Shown piece after piece: positions 7,113 to 16,336 of a stretch of 25,561 nucleotides of DNA. Where the stretch lies: IMG/VR virus record IMGVR_UViG_3300028594_000067, positions 1-25,561 of that record; one strand, 5' to 3'. How positions within the stretch are numbered: the stretch's first letter is position 1; each line of letters starts with the position of its first letter. This stretch comes from a virus (lineage: Duplodnaviria > Caudoviricetes). A program made the translations under genes and the position numbers. The notes beneath the pieces were generated by a model. That model saw only the letters and a program-made list of their open reading frames with translations, did no database searches and was not told the origin of the DNA.

Positions 7113-9350
7113 TTATGCCCCCTCCAATGGGTTTGCAGTGAAATCGTTATACGTGAGGTTCGCCCACACGGCTTGTAGGGCGTTGTAGTCGCGGCCAGCC
7201 CAGGCTTGGGCCAAATCGTTGTAGGTGACCTCACGCGTGGTCGTGGCATCAATAATCCGCACGGTCAGGTTCTGTGAATACTCACCGGGGTCATGGGATT
7301 CACTGAGCCCAACAATCAGGGCACGCAACCGCACCCCAAGGATGCCTAATTCGAGGTTCACCACGTCGCCGAGTTGCCGGCGCGGATCATAAGTGACTGC
7401 CAGGCGTCGGATGGTGGGTTCGCCACGGCGCACCCGCTCGGCGAGGAAGTCCGCGATCCGGTCGGCGGCGAATTGCACACCCCACGGCCCGAGGTCGTGA
7501 GTCAGTTCGGGATCACCGTAGCCGGTGCTCAGGATGCGGGTGGTCATTTCGTCCACCCACCGGCCCTCGGCTCGGCCACGAATGACCGGGAGGTTATCGC
7601 CTTTATGCTTCTCCCGTAGGACGGTGTCGTTCTCACTGACCCCGAGGTTGCCTTCGACTCCACCGTCGTAGGACCCGGCAATGTGGGTGATCTTCAGGGT
7701 GTTCAACCCGAGCCGTTCGACCCGCATGGTGGTGGTCTGCGATGAGGTGCGCAGCTCTTCGTTATCTGAGTTGGTGTAGTAGACGCCCATCTTGGAACCT
7801 GGTGCCCCGTAGCTTCCCCAGTTGGAGTCGTTGAGGCGTTGCGGGTTCCAGTCCACACCGAACCACTCGACATCACTATCGGGTTGGGCGAACACTTCGA
7901 TCTCGTCGCCTGACCCGAGGGTTGCGGCACTGGCCCGGTAGAGTTCTTTGCGCTGCAATCGGGTGCGCGAGACCAGGGCGCTTTGCCAGGTGACATTCAC
8001 TTTGGAACGGATCGATAGCAGGGAGGTTTCCCATTCCAGTTCGGTAATATCATCCAGGCTGGTCAGGGTTTGCACCGGTGTCCGTGCGCGTAACCGGTCG
8101 GAGGGCACAAACCGGAGGATGCCCATTTCATCGAACCAGGCACCCGTCAGCGTGGCTTTGCAGATTTCATCGACCAGATCTGCGACATCCTCATTCTCAT
8201 GGGAGGCCGACATGTCCATGTGAGAGATGAGATTAGAAGTTTCGTAGGTCATGTTCGGGGTGAAACTCAGCGCCCGCCACTCACCAGATGAGTTCGGAGA
8301 ATCCACCCCCACCCCCGCGAATCGGGCGGATTCTGTGCCGCGTACCCAGATGTGGGACAACACTGCGGTCCCAGATCGGGACCGGGTGCCGGTCGCTTCC
8401 TGGCCGGTGTCGGTGCGTAACGTCCACGATGAGCCTTTCACCAGCAACACCACCGTGGTGGCCTGTTCCATCTGAGTTTGGGACAGCGTCGCGACCGCGT
8501 CATCATTCCAATACGCAGTCACCGCTTTCGATTCCCACACGCGCACCCGTATCCGGGATTCCCCAAAGTAGAGTTGCACATGCGCATCCCCAGCATGATC
8601 CGGTGCCACTTGGAACGCGATCTGCCAGGGGGCGGTAATGCGAGCTTCCCCAAACGACGGGGGCAAATATTTCGCGTTGATCGCGCCCACCGCTTGCCCC
8701 CACGGTGCCCGATGAAACCGAGGGTTCGTCTGAATCCCAGGCCCCAGAGATTCATCCAGAGTTCCAGTCACCGGCCATGAACTGCCCTGCAGCGGAGCCT
8801 GTAGTGCTGCTTCCCCACCGGCTGGCGGGGTATTAAAAATGTTCACATACCGCAACGCTCGGGTCAGTAAGAACCAGTAATCCAGCCCGATGTGCCGATA
8901 CGGTGTGGTGTCTTGGCGTGGCACGTGATACCGCAATAAGGAATCCCTGGTGGTCAGGGCGCGCATCTGGTCTCGGAAGTCCACCAGTGTTGATTGCAAC
9001 CGGCCACCCACCACACCAGTGGTCTTATCAATCCGTCCGGTGAAGCGTGGCCATGACGTAGTCCCATCGGTCACATACACTTGGACCCGGTCGCCAGCCT
9101 GCGGCGGCCACCCAGACTCAGGATGCCAGGGGGAGACCTCATGCTCTTGAACCGGCCCATACTGAGGCGCCCACACAATCGTGCCCGTCCCACCAGCCAA
9201 CCCACCGCCACCAACAATCTGCTCCGGCAAATCATTGGCAATCTCACGATCCAGCGACACCGACTCAATCTCACGGCGTGTCCCAGCCACAATCGCATAC
9301 GTGTCAAGGTGCCGGACGTCAGCGGTCTGGGCGTAATCACCAGGCAACAT
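7113..9350 (-). CDS. Minor tail protein (Tal / baseplate hub-like)
   Basis: Second gene after the tape measure. Hub-like motifs PRFTGRID, AWFDEMGILRF and DPRRQLGDVV. Confidence 0.75.
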   Translation of the reverse strand: MLPGDYAQTADVRHLDTYAIVAGTRREIESVSLDREIANDLPEQIVGGGGLAGGTGTIVWAPQYGPVQEHEVSPWHPESGWPPQAGDRVQVYVTDGTTSWPRFTGRIDKTTGVVGGRLQSTLVDFRDQMRALTTRDSLLRYHVPRQDTTPYRHIGLDYWFLLTRALRYVNIFNTPPAGGEAALQAPLQGSSWPVTGTLDESLGPGIQTNPRFHRAPWGQAVGAINAKYLPPSFGEARITAPWQIAFQVAPDHAGDAHVQLYFGESRIRVRVWESKAVTAYWNDDAVATLSQTQMEQATTVVLLVKGSSWTLRTDTGQEATGTRSRSGTAVLSHIWVRGTESARFAGVGVDSPNSSGEWRALSFTPNMTYETSNLISHMDMSASHENEDVADLVDEICKATLTGAWFDEMGILRFVPSDRLRARTPVQTLTSLDDITELEWETSLLSIRSKVNVTWQSALVSRTRLQRKELYRASAATLGSGDEIEVFAQPDSDVEWFGVDWNPQRLNDSNWGSYGAPGSKMGVYYTNSDNEELRTSSQTTTMRVERLGLNTLKITHIAGSYDGGVEGNLGVSENDTVLREKHKGDNLPVIRGRAEGRWVDEMTTRILSTGYGDPELTHDLGPWGVQFAADRIADFLAERVRRGEPTIRRLAVTYDPRRQLGDVVNLELGILGVRLRALIVGLSESHDPGEYSQNLTVRIIDATTTREVTYNDLAQAWAGRDYNALQAVWANLTYNDFTANPLEGA

Positions 9351-9353
9351 GGG

Positions 9354-10169
9354 TTAGCCCACCTCCGTCACAGTGAACGTCAAATTCTGGTACGTGCGTC
9401 CCGGTAACGTGTGCACCAAATCCGAGGACACCTGATCGACTACAACCTTCTGCGCTAACCGACCATCAGCAAACGGCAACAACCGGTCACCCCACGACAG
9501 GGCCGGGCGGGTAGCACGCACCGCATTCACCGCTCGCACCGATGCCCACACCGCCCCAGCAGGAGCAGTCGCCGTCACATGAGACCGGACCACTGACAAC
9601 CCCGGAGCGGTCACCGACGACGTGCCAGACGAAATGAACGCGCCCTCAGCGTCCCACCACGCGACCTGCGCAGCAGCACCATCCCCCTCCACATAGGCTG
9701 ACGCCGTCACGGTTTGCCCAGGCCGGACCGGGGAGGCACCTGTGATGCCTTCACTACCGAAATGCACATACCCTGGCGGATCAACACGCGCCAACGACCG
9801 AGCCGCCCACCCATCAGAGGTCAGCATCGGACCACCCGGCTCATTCACCGGCGACAACCCCGCCACAGGGTCACACGACGCCACACCAGGGGACAGCATG
9901 TTCGTGTCCGGCCCCTCCGCCGGCACAAACGAGAACGGGCCGTAACCCCAAGCGCCACGAGCAATATCCCGCAGCACGGACACCTGATCGGGAGTGGTCG
10001 TATTCCCCAACGTCAGATCCCAGACCCGGCGATCATCACCAGGCACGACCTGAGCCTTCCGCTTCCCCTCAAGCGTGGTCGAGAATTGATACCGGTCGTC
10101 ATCCGCGACCCGCTGCGCAGACGGGCATCGAACGCCAATGAGTCGACCTTTGGCCCCAAAATAAATCAT
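9354..10169 (-). CDS. Distal tail (Dit-like) protein with a probable inserted carbohydrate-binding module
   Basis: Directly follows the tape measure. Ends in LTFTVTEVG. The internal PVRPGQTVTASAYV...WWDAEGAFISS...TATAPAGA segment is typical of CBM-like inserts. Confidence 0.7.
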   Translation of the reverse strand: MIYFGAKGRLIGVRCPSAQRVADDDRYQFSTTLEGKRKAQVVPGDDRRVWDLTLGNTTTPDQVSVLRDIARGAWGYGPFSFVPAEGPDTNMLSPGVASCDPVAGLSPVNEPGGPMLTSDGWAARSLARVDPPGYVHFGSEGITGASPVRPGQTVTASAYVEGDGAAAQVAWWDAEGAFISSGTSSVTAPGLSVVRSHVTATAPAGAVWASVRAVNAVRATRPALSWGDRLLPFADGRLAQKVVVDQVSSDLVHTLPGRTYQNLTFTVTEVG

Positions 10170-10171
10170 GC

Positions 10172-13171
10172 TTACCTCCGCGCCACGTACTGTTGATGAA
10201 CTTCCTGCATAACCCCCGCGAACTGGTGGCCACCAATCTGCACCACCGGCTGATACGACCTGATCGCAGCACTCACGGCAGCACCAATCGCAGCCGTATC
10301 CACCGGAGGAGCAGAGACCTGAATGCTTGATGGTCCGGCAGCGTTTGAACTGTAGAGGCGTTCCATCATGCCGGTTGGGAAGGTGCCGTTATTCATGGCA
10401 TACAGTTCGGGGGTGTAGTTCGGGGCTTGGGATGACCGGACCACGAACTCGCCACCCTCTAGCGGCTGGGTAAGCACCTGACCACCAGAGTGCAGTGGCC
10501 ACATGACGTTGTCGTATCCGGCTCGTTCACCGGGCACCCAGCCACCGGCACGACGACCAGGCAGCACCTGGCCACCCGTGTAGCGTCCAGGGTTGACGAT
10601 TCCGCCGTGGTAGTTCCCGCCGGTCACACTGGCGACGATGCTGGTATAGATCGCACCAACACCAGACTTGAAGTTGTCCCATGCGCGCTGGGCTGGGGTC
10701 GTGTCAGCATTGATGCTGGTCGTAGTAGTGGTCGCGGCCCACGTGTTCGTTACACCAGCGAACGCGCCACTCGCCTGGCTCGTATTAGCATCCAGGTTCG
10801 TGGCGGTCGTGGTGCCGCCCCACGTGTAGGTTTGCTCGTTGAACTCAGCCTGAGCCTTCGACGAATCAGCATCGAGGTTCGTGGGGGTGGTAGTTGTGAC
10901 CCACTCATTGAACAGTTCACGTGTTGAACTCTCAGCCGGGTCCACATTGGCATCAACGTTTGTGTCAGTTTCCTCAGCCGCCCATTCACGCAACATAGCG
11001 TCGAAGGTGCCCTCAGCAGCGCCGGTATCAGCGTCGACACCGGTAAGGGTGGTAGTGCCCAAGATGTGTTCTACGAGCTCACCGTAGTCGCTGAACGCTG
11101 GTTCGGTATCGGCTTCAACACCAATTTGTGGGTCGTCACCGGCTTCGATGACTTCACGAATGTCATCTTTCGTGCCCATCCAGGCTTCGACAAGCTCAGC
11201 ACGTTGCTCAGGTGTAGCGTCAACGAAGGTCTGTAACGCTGCAGCGCCCTCGATGCCGGCCTCAGTCATCTCTTCAACGAAAGCGGCATGCATCTCTTGA
11301 GCTTCGCCCGTCGTTTCCGTGTTGGCTTGCTCCATCGCTTCAACAACGTTATCGGCCCAGTTGGAATGAGCCTCAGCCTGGGCCTGTAGCTCAGCGATCC
11401 ACTCTTCCATCGTCTGAGAGGTCGAAGTACTGGTCTCGCCTTGCTTCTCTATAACACGGTCATAAGCATCTAGGATCCCGCCGAAGGATGCTCCTGCGTT
11501 TGAGACGAGTTCAATCCAGTTTTCCATCGCCGAAGCAGCGTCGTCAGATGATGCCCTTATACCAAGGAACGACCCGGCGAGTTCGTCACTTGCTTCTGCT
11601 GCGAGTTCTGTTTCGGCTGCTGCGCCGTCGAGAGCTTCTTGGTAGCCCGGCAGCATCGCTTCAAGATCCTCGACCGAGAAGCGCGAGGTATCAATACTCC
11701 CGGCAAGAAGCTCGAATAATTGCGCGGCTTTGTCTGTTTGCCCACCTTCAACTAAGGAAGAAAGGGTTGCGTCGATCTCTTCAAACGTTTGCTTGGCGTT
11801 GAGAGAAGCGTTTGAGGTGATACCGAGAGTCTCTGCAACACCCATGCCCCATTCATGACCGAAGGGGAGGTCCATAAGGTTTGCTAGGGCATCATTCAAG
11901 TCGTAGGCCCCAGCGGTGGCTTCCAGGAACAGGGTGTCGATATCAAGCCCGTTGACCTCTGCCAGCGCGGACGACACTCTATTAGCGTTAGCGGGAATGC
12001 CCTCATCGCGGAGCGCGTCCGCTAATTTGATCAGCCCACCAGCCGCCACAGTCAGAACAGTGCCGACGGCAGCAGCGCGCCCAACAGTGCCAAAGAAACG
12101 AGAAAGTCCACTTGTGAGTCTGCCAAGCAGCGGGTGAGTGTTAGAAAGTGTTTCAAGAGCGGTGCGGAACTCAACAAAACGTGGCACCGCGATCATGAGT
12201 GATCCACCAGCCAGAGCTGCAACGCCAATGAGACCAGTGATAGCGACGATCGCGCCCTGCAGCCACGTAGGTGCCGCTTCAAGGGCACGCATAGCGTCAG
12301 CGAGCATGTTGAAGAAATCAATGAGCAGCCCGCCACCTTGCGGGTCCACAAGGGGAGTCGCTAACGTTGAGCTGAGGTCACGCCAGGCAGCTTTCACACG
12401 GTCAACAGCACCATCAAACGTATCTTTGACGTTAGCTGCGGCACCACCGAAACGCTCATCCATGCCAGCAGCAAGCGCATCGAGAGCTTCACTAGCATCA
12501 AGGGTTCCAGCGGTGATTTCCTCACGAATCTCTGCGCCAGTCTTGCCCATCTGGGAACCGATAAGTGTCGCTGCGTCTACACCACGGTTACCGAATTCCA
12601 TGAGGTCAGTGGCCGTGAGTTTGGCACTCGACTGGATCGTAGAGAAAATCCGTGACAGCTCGGCGATATCTTGGTTTGATCCACCAGTCGCGGCGACAGC
12701 GTCTTGGATCGCACCCAGATAGGGGATGACCTTTTGGGCCTCAATACCGAAGCCAAGCATCTGCTGCTGAGCTTCAATGAAAACTTGCTTAGCGAATGGC
12801 GAGTTGGACGCGAAATCGTCCAACTTATCCATCTGAGCGTTCGCTTCCTCAGCGGACCCAGTAAGAGTCGTCAGCGCAGCACGGCTCGTCTGCTGTAGCG
12901 TGTTGTACTGGGTACCCGTATGGAGTGCAGCTACGCCAAGACCAGTGATCGCACCACCAGCCACAGCCAGGGTACGGCCTACAGTCGTCCACTCTTGTTC
13001 ATTGATCCTGGCCGACTGTACGAGCCGACCCATTGTGGTGTCAGCGGCACCACCAAGCTTCTGCTGTTCCCGCTCAAAATCTGTGAGAGAACGGGAGGCT
13101 TGCCCCATCTTGTTCTGAAAGTCAGAGATCTCGGCTCTTAATCGAACGACGATGGATCTGTTGCGAGCCAC
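10172..13171 (-). CDS. Tape measure protein (999 aa)
   Basis: GTG 13171 with SD GGAGGTG. N-terminus RSIVVRLRAEISDF. Tape-measure domain (FASNSPF...IGxxDAVAATGG-like). Ala-rich helical sequence with hydrophobic segments. Confidence 0.93.
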   Translation of the reverse strand: MARNRSIVVRLRAEISDFQNKMGQASRSLTDFEREQQKLGGAADTTMGRLVQSARINEQEWTTVGRTLAVAGGAITGLGVAALHTGTQYNTLQQTSRAALTTLTGSAEEANAQMDKLDDFASNSPFAKQVFIEAQQQMLGFGIEAQKVIPYLGAIQDAVAATGGSNQDIAELSRIFSTIQSSAKLTATDLMEFGNRGVDAATLIGSQMGKTGAEIREEITAGTLDASEALDALAAGMDERFGGAAANVKDTFDGAVDRVKAAWRDLSSTLATPLVDPQGGGLLIDFFNMLADAMRALEAAPTWLQGAIVAITGLIGVAALAGGSLMIAVPRFVEFRTALETLSNTHPLLGRLTSGLSRFFGTVGRAAAVGTVLTVAAGGLIKLADALRDEGIPANANRVSSALAEVNGLDIDTLFLEATAGAYDLNDALANLMDLPFGHEWGMGVAETLGITSNASLNAKQTFEEIDATLSSLVEGGQTDKAAQLFELLAGSIDTSRFSVEDLEAMLPGYQEALDGAAAETELAAEASDELAGSFLGIRASSDDAASAMENWIELVSNAGASFGGILDAYDRVIEKQGETSTSTSQTMEEWIAELQAQAEAHSNWADNVVEAMEQANTETTGEAQEMHAAFVEEMTEAGIEGAAALQTFVDATPEQRAELVEAWMGTKDDIREVIEAGDDPQIGVEADTEPAFSDYGELVEHILGTTTLTGVDADTGAAEGTFDAMLREWAAEETDTNVDANVDPAESSTRELFNEWVTTTTPTNLDADSSKAQAEFNEQTYTWGGTTTATNLDANTSQASGAFAGVTNTWAATTTTTSINADTTPAQRAWDNFKSGVGAIYTSIVASVTGGNYHGGIVNPGRYTGGQVLPGRRAGGWVPGERAGYDNVMWPLHSGGQVLTQPLEGGEFVVRSSQAPNYTPELYAMNNGTFPTGMMERLYSSNAAGPSSIQVSAPPVDTAAIGAAVSAAIRSYQPVVQIGGHQFAGVMQEVHQQYVARR
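10680..11120 (-). repeat. About six degenerate 27-aa tandem repeats in the tape measure C-terminal part
   Basis: [VLI][DEN]A[DN][TVS] recurs every 27 residues: VEADT, VDADT, VDANV, LDADS, LDANT, INADT. A Trp and a Thr-run recur in phase. Confidence 0.8.
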
Positions 13172-13199
13172 GCAATCACCTCCAGATGGGGTCAAAGGC

Positions 13200-13211
13200 T
13201 AAGCTTTAGAC
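13200..13211 (+). promoter_or_regulatory. Putative -10 for a leaderless lipoprotein transcript
   Basis: TAAGCT (13200-13205) sits 6 nt before ATG 13212, with no SD. Confidence 0.55.
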
Positions 13212-13706
13212 ATGCGAAAAATACTTGGGGTTCTTTGGATCGCAGCACTCACGCTCACCGCATGCGGAAGCACAGCAAACGAACAAACCGAAATTGAAAG
13301 TGACGCCGTAATGGATGACACGGCCAGTCATGAGGCAGCGCAAACAATCCGCCTATTTGGGGCAATTGTCTTTGAAGGCGACGAAGCAGTCCTCATGGGT
13401 GAACAGGAAGAGAACTGCATGATTGCAGAGCCAACTACCACTACGGTCGTCAATAATTTAGAAACTGCCGAAGTAACTATTGAAGACGACAGTGGCCAGA
13501 TCCTCGCGGAGACAGAATTCCAAACATTCCACGACGACGAGCGATGCAGTTGGCTCATAGACGTGGCAGTTGAATCTGGTTCGGAGTACTTTGTTGCCCA
13601 CTTTGAAAACATGGCCACTCCGAAGGCGTACGCGTCGGACTATGAGGATGGATTTCTCGAGTTGGATGTCACGACGCCTGTTATGGAAGAAATCGAGAGC
13701 CGCTAG
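13212..13706 (+). CDS. Antisense-oriented acidic lipoprotein (moron)
   Basis: Signal peptide MRKILGVLWIAALTLTA-C with lipobox LTAC. Very D/E-rich mature part. The only credible plus-strand gene in the window. Confidence 0.82.
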   Translation: MRKILGVLWIAALTLTACGSTANEQTEIESDAVMDDTASHEAAQTIRLFGAIVFEGDEAVLMGEQEENCMIAEPTTTTVVNNLETAEVTIEDDSGQILAETEFQTFHDDERCSWLIDVAVESGSEYFVAHFENMATPKAYASDYEDGFLELDVTTPVMEEIESR

Positions 13707-14109
13707 GCGAGGCTGTCGTCGGCTTTGAGTGGCCGGTTCTGGTCGGCTTTTCGGGTGTTGTGTTGTGAACGTGAGGGCGCTTGCTCACGACGAAGATCAA
13801 CGACCCTGAGCATGGTCCCTGGTTCCAGGTCGTCGTTGTCTTTGCGGAATTGTTCGAGCGCGGCCTGCTTATAACAGATCTGGTCGTCAGCGATTTCGTA
13901 CCAGCCTTCACCAGACTGGCAATCGTCCCGGTATTCCCCGCATTGGCACAGCAGGTCGTTATCGTGAATGTCCAGGGCCAAGCTGAGGAGGAAGTCTATT
14001 TCGGCGTCGCGCTCTTGTCCGATGTACTCGCACGGGAGCAGGTTGTACTCCCGTGCGAGCCGGAGCACCCGTAACCAGAACGGGTTATGTTTTAGCGCCT
14101 GCGCGATAA
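13703..14109 (-). CDS. Tail assembly chaperone, frameshift extension (gpGT-like T part)
   Basis: The -1 frame from the slippery site reads FIAQALKHNPFWLRVLRLAREY..., continuous with ORF 13703..14068. Contains CQCG. No clear SD of its own. Confidence 0.8.
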
Positions 14110-14703
14110 ATTTGGGTCAACACTTTTCGTCGGATTCGTGTTCACATCGTGGAGAGCGCCGAATAGTTTATTGACCTCAGATTCAGCGACACTATTGAGC
14201 TTTTTCAGGCCTTCGACCGTGACGTTCGATGGCACGATAATTGAGTCAGCTAGCCGGCGGATTGCGAGTTCTTCATTCCACTCGCGGATCTCGTCCTCGT
14301 CAGCTTTCTTACCAGGCTGCGGCATGCCCAGTTTTTCCATCTGCTTGATGATCTGCCGTGCCCGGTGCTCTGACCGGGCTTCAACCACGAACACTTTTTG
14401 AGAAGCAGCGATCTGCTCTTTGACCTCCACAAACCGGTCAAGCAGTGCTTGGGCTTCCTCGCCGTTGGGGTCGTCGAGTCCGTCAGCTTTGATCGCGATT
14501 TGGTCTACTTCGGCAGCCAGGTCGGCACGCATGGTCACACGGACAGCGCGACGGCCGGGACGCACACCGTCTACGAAGGCATCAAAGTCGAAGTCTTCGG
14601 GGGTGACATCGTTGGTGATGTCTTCAACGTCTGGGGTGCCGCCTAGGGCTTCATCGGTGGTCTGGTCTTCGGTGGCTGGTGTGCCGAGTACGTCATCTGT
14701 CAT
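14092..14703 (-). CDS. Tail assembly chaperone (gpG-like)
   Basis: Lies between the major tail and tape measure genes and ends in a slippery sequence. Confidence 0.85.
   Translation of the reverse strand: MTDDVLGTPATEDQTTDEALGGTPDVEDITNDVTPEDFDFDAFVDGVRPGRRAVRVTMRADLAAEVDQIAIKADGLDDPNGEEAQALLDRFVEVKEQIAASQKVFVVEARSEHRARQIIKQMEKLGMPQPGKKADEDEIREWNEELAIRRLADSIIVPSNVTVEGLKKLNSVAESEVNKLFGALHDVNTNPTKSVDPNLSRRR
14107..14116 (-). other. Programmed -1 ribosomal frameshift site
   Basis: Minus strand C CCA AAT TTA contains two overlapping, in-phase X XXY YYZ heptamers (CCCAAAT and AAATTTA). Confidence 0.82.
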
Positions 14704-14716
14704 TGGTCTTGCCTTT

Positions 14717-14795
14717 CACGGGTTGTACACAGGTTTGGTTCACGGGTAAAAGTTGGTGACCCAGGGTGAGCGACCCGTGCAGCGCTCACCCTGGG
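14717..14795 (-). promoter_or_regulatory. Structured intercistronic RNA: 13-bp hairpin plus three loop-complementary repeats
   Basis: CCCAGGGTGAGCG / CGCTCACCCTGGG stem. The minus-strand loop contains CACGGGT. Downstream lie ACCCGTG, ACCTGTG and ACCCGTG. Confidence 0.65.
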
Positions 14796-14802
14796 AACTT
14801 GG

Positions 14803-15315
14803 TTACGCTGCGGCGCCGAGCGTGATGTCCTCGTACGCTTCAGTTACGGTCAGGTTGGCGACACGCTTCGAGTATCCGCCAGTCTCAGTTGACCGGCCCA
14901 TACCGCCAGCAATGAGCTTGTAAAAGCTCCACTCGTCACCTTCAGCAGGTGGTTCAGTGTGCTCTTTACCGCCCTGCCGGTAGGCGACCACGATCTCAGA
15001 CCCGAACTCTTTGACCGCCTGGAAGAAGAAGTCCTCTTCCGGGTCGATCTGCCGGGTCTCAGGGTCGAAAAACCGATAGATATTCATGGTCACTTCATAC
15101 GTTTTGGCGGTTGGAATCTGGGTTTCACCCTCAGTACACAGCGGAGTATCTGCCGAAGTGGTGGGAGCGCCAGCACCCAGCACGAACCCGGCTTTCCCTA
15201 CAGCACAGGAAGCGTCTTCACCGACTACATCAGCTGCGGTGGCGTTGCGGGGGTCTTCGGGCATGGATTCAAGCAATAGGAGAGTGTCTTTTGCGTCAGC
15301 AAGTAAACGGACCAT
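14803..15315 (-). CDS. Major tail (tube) protein
   Basis: 170 aa, in the expected position before the chaperones. The D.SC..., DTPLC.EG and G..I.VAYRQG motifs are typical of actinophage tube proteins. Confidence 0.85.
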   Translation of the reverse strand: MVRLLADAKDTLLLLESMPEDPRNATAADVVGEDASCAVGKAGFVLGAGAPTTSADTPLCTEGETQIPTAKTYEVTMNIYRFFDPETRQIDPEEDFFFQAVKEFGSEIVVAYRQGGKEHTEPPAEGDEWSFYKLIAGGMGRSTETGGYSKRVANLTVTEAYEDITLGAAA

Positions 15316-15364
15316 TTTTAGCCCCTTTCATGTCGAGAGAAGTCACGCCCTCAAAAAAGGGCAT

Positions 15365-15395
15365 AAAAATAACCACCCGATGTTTTCGAGTGGTC
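15365..15395 (-). terminator. Intrinsic terminator upstream of the major tail gene
   Basis: Minus strand GACCACTCGA-AAACA-TCGGGTGGTT followed by ATTTTT. Confidence 0.65.
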
Positions 15396-15412
15396 GTAGT
15401 AGGTGGGTTGGG

Positions 15413-15814
15413 TTATTTGGTGGTGCCCTGCAGCCGGTAGAGGTCAACCGCGAATGCTGGGTACCCGTGGTTGGGGAGGGCCACGTCTTTGTCGTAATCG
15501 ATGGGCTGGGAATCGAACGGATCCCGGAGCTTTTCGACAAGCCACTGATCTGATACAGGAGCGAAGCCGACCAGTGCCCGTCGCACACGAACTGACATGG
15601 ACAACACACCCTCACCAGTGGTCGCGACCATCGTCACGCCTAAACGATCAGATAGGTCACGATTCCCGGCGAGTGTGTTGGCTTCGAGTTGCCCGGTTGA
15701 GGTCCAGAACAGCACGTACGGGTAATCCGGTGTGCCGGTGACTTCACCAAAGTACGCGGTGTAGACCGTTTCGGCGGCGATGCGGTCTTTGAGAGAATCA
15801 ATGAGTGCTCTCAT
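15413..15814 (-). CDS. Tail terminator / tail completion protein
   Basis: 133 aa with a P.YPYVL motif, immediately before the major tail gene. Confidence 0.75.
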   Translation of the reverse strand: MRALIDSLKDRIAAETVYTAYFGEVTGTPDYPYVLFWTSTGQLEANTLAGNRDLSDRLGVTMVATTGEGVLSMSVRVRRALVGFAPVSDQWLVEKLRDPFDSQPIDYDKDVALPNHGYPAFAVDLYRLQGTTK

Positions 15815-16209
15815 CCGAACACCGATTCCTCGGCGATCTTGGCGAGTTCATCCTCAAAGGCTGGTAGCTCCCGATTCAGGGCTTCTTCTGGATCCTCGAC
15901 GGACCCGCCACCTTTGGAGGTGCCGAAGTAGGCGATGTTCGCGCCACGGCGTGGTGGTCGTTTCGCGCCCGAGTTTTTCTTATGTGGCCCGATCTCGGCT
16001 TCGAAATCGTCCACCATATCGAACGTAATGCCACCTGCCAGGTGACCGAATGACGCGGAACCGCCCATCTTCGAGCGCAGGTCGTTTTGGACGTTGATCG
16101 CGCCTTTCTTGACCGTTGAGGAAATGTTGGGCCGTAGCCTGGCGTCTACGCGGGTCATGTCGGCGATCAGGGCGCGGACTTCGGAGGTATCAACGCTTAT
16201 TCTTGCCAC
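15811..16209 (-). CDS. Neck / tail-completion protein (HK97 gp10-like)
   Basis: GTG 16209 with SD AGGAGG. AEIGP and NIAYFGTSK motifs. Confidence 0.75.
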   Translation of the reverse strand: MARISVDTSEVRALIADMTRVDARLRPNISSTVKKGAINVQNDLRSKMGGSASFGHLAGGITFDMVDDFEAEIGPHKKNSGAKRPPRRGANIAYFGTSKGGGSVEDPEEALNRELPAFEDELAKIAEESVFG

Positions 16210-16336
16210 TGGTAGCCTCCTGTTTCGGAGTAGTCTGCGTTGGTGCTGGTTTCTTCTCAGCACGGCCTGGCAGTGCAATCTCACGGACCTTTCCGGTTAG
16301 TCCGTTGTTGATCTTGATCGTGTTTTTCTTACTCAT
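16190..16336 (-). CDS. Small basic hypothetical protein (48 aa), absent from the ORF track
   Basis: MSKKNTIKINNGLTGKVREIALPGRAEKKPAPTQTTPKQEATSGKNKR*. Fills the gap and overlaps both neighbours. Purine-rich SD-like AAGGGGGT upstream. Confidence 0.65.
   Translation of the reverse strand: MSKKNTIKINNGLTGKVREIALPGRAEKKPAPTQTTPKQEATSGKNKR

Noticed and set aside
12138-12722. 194-aa plus-strand ORF and other antisense ORFs within the tape measure and tail genes
   Set aside because: Shadow ORFs rich in S/A/P, with no initiation signals.
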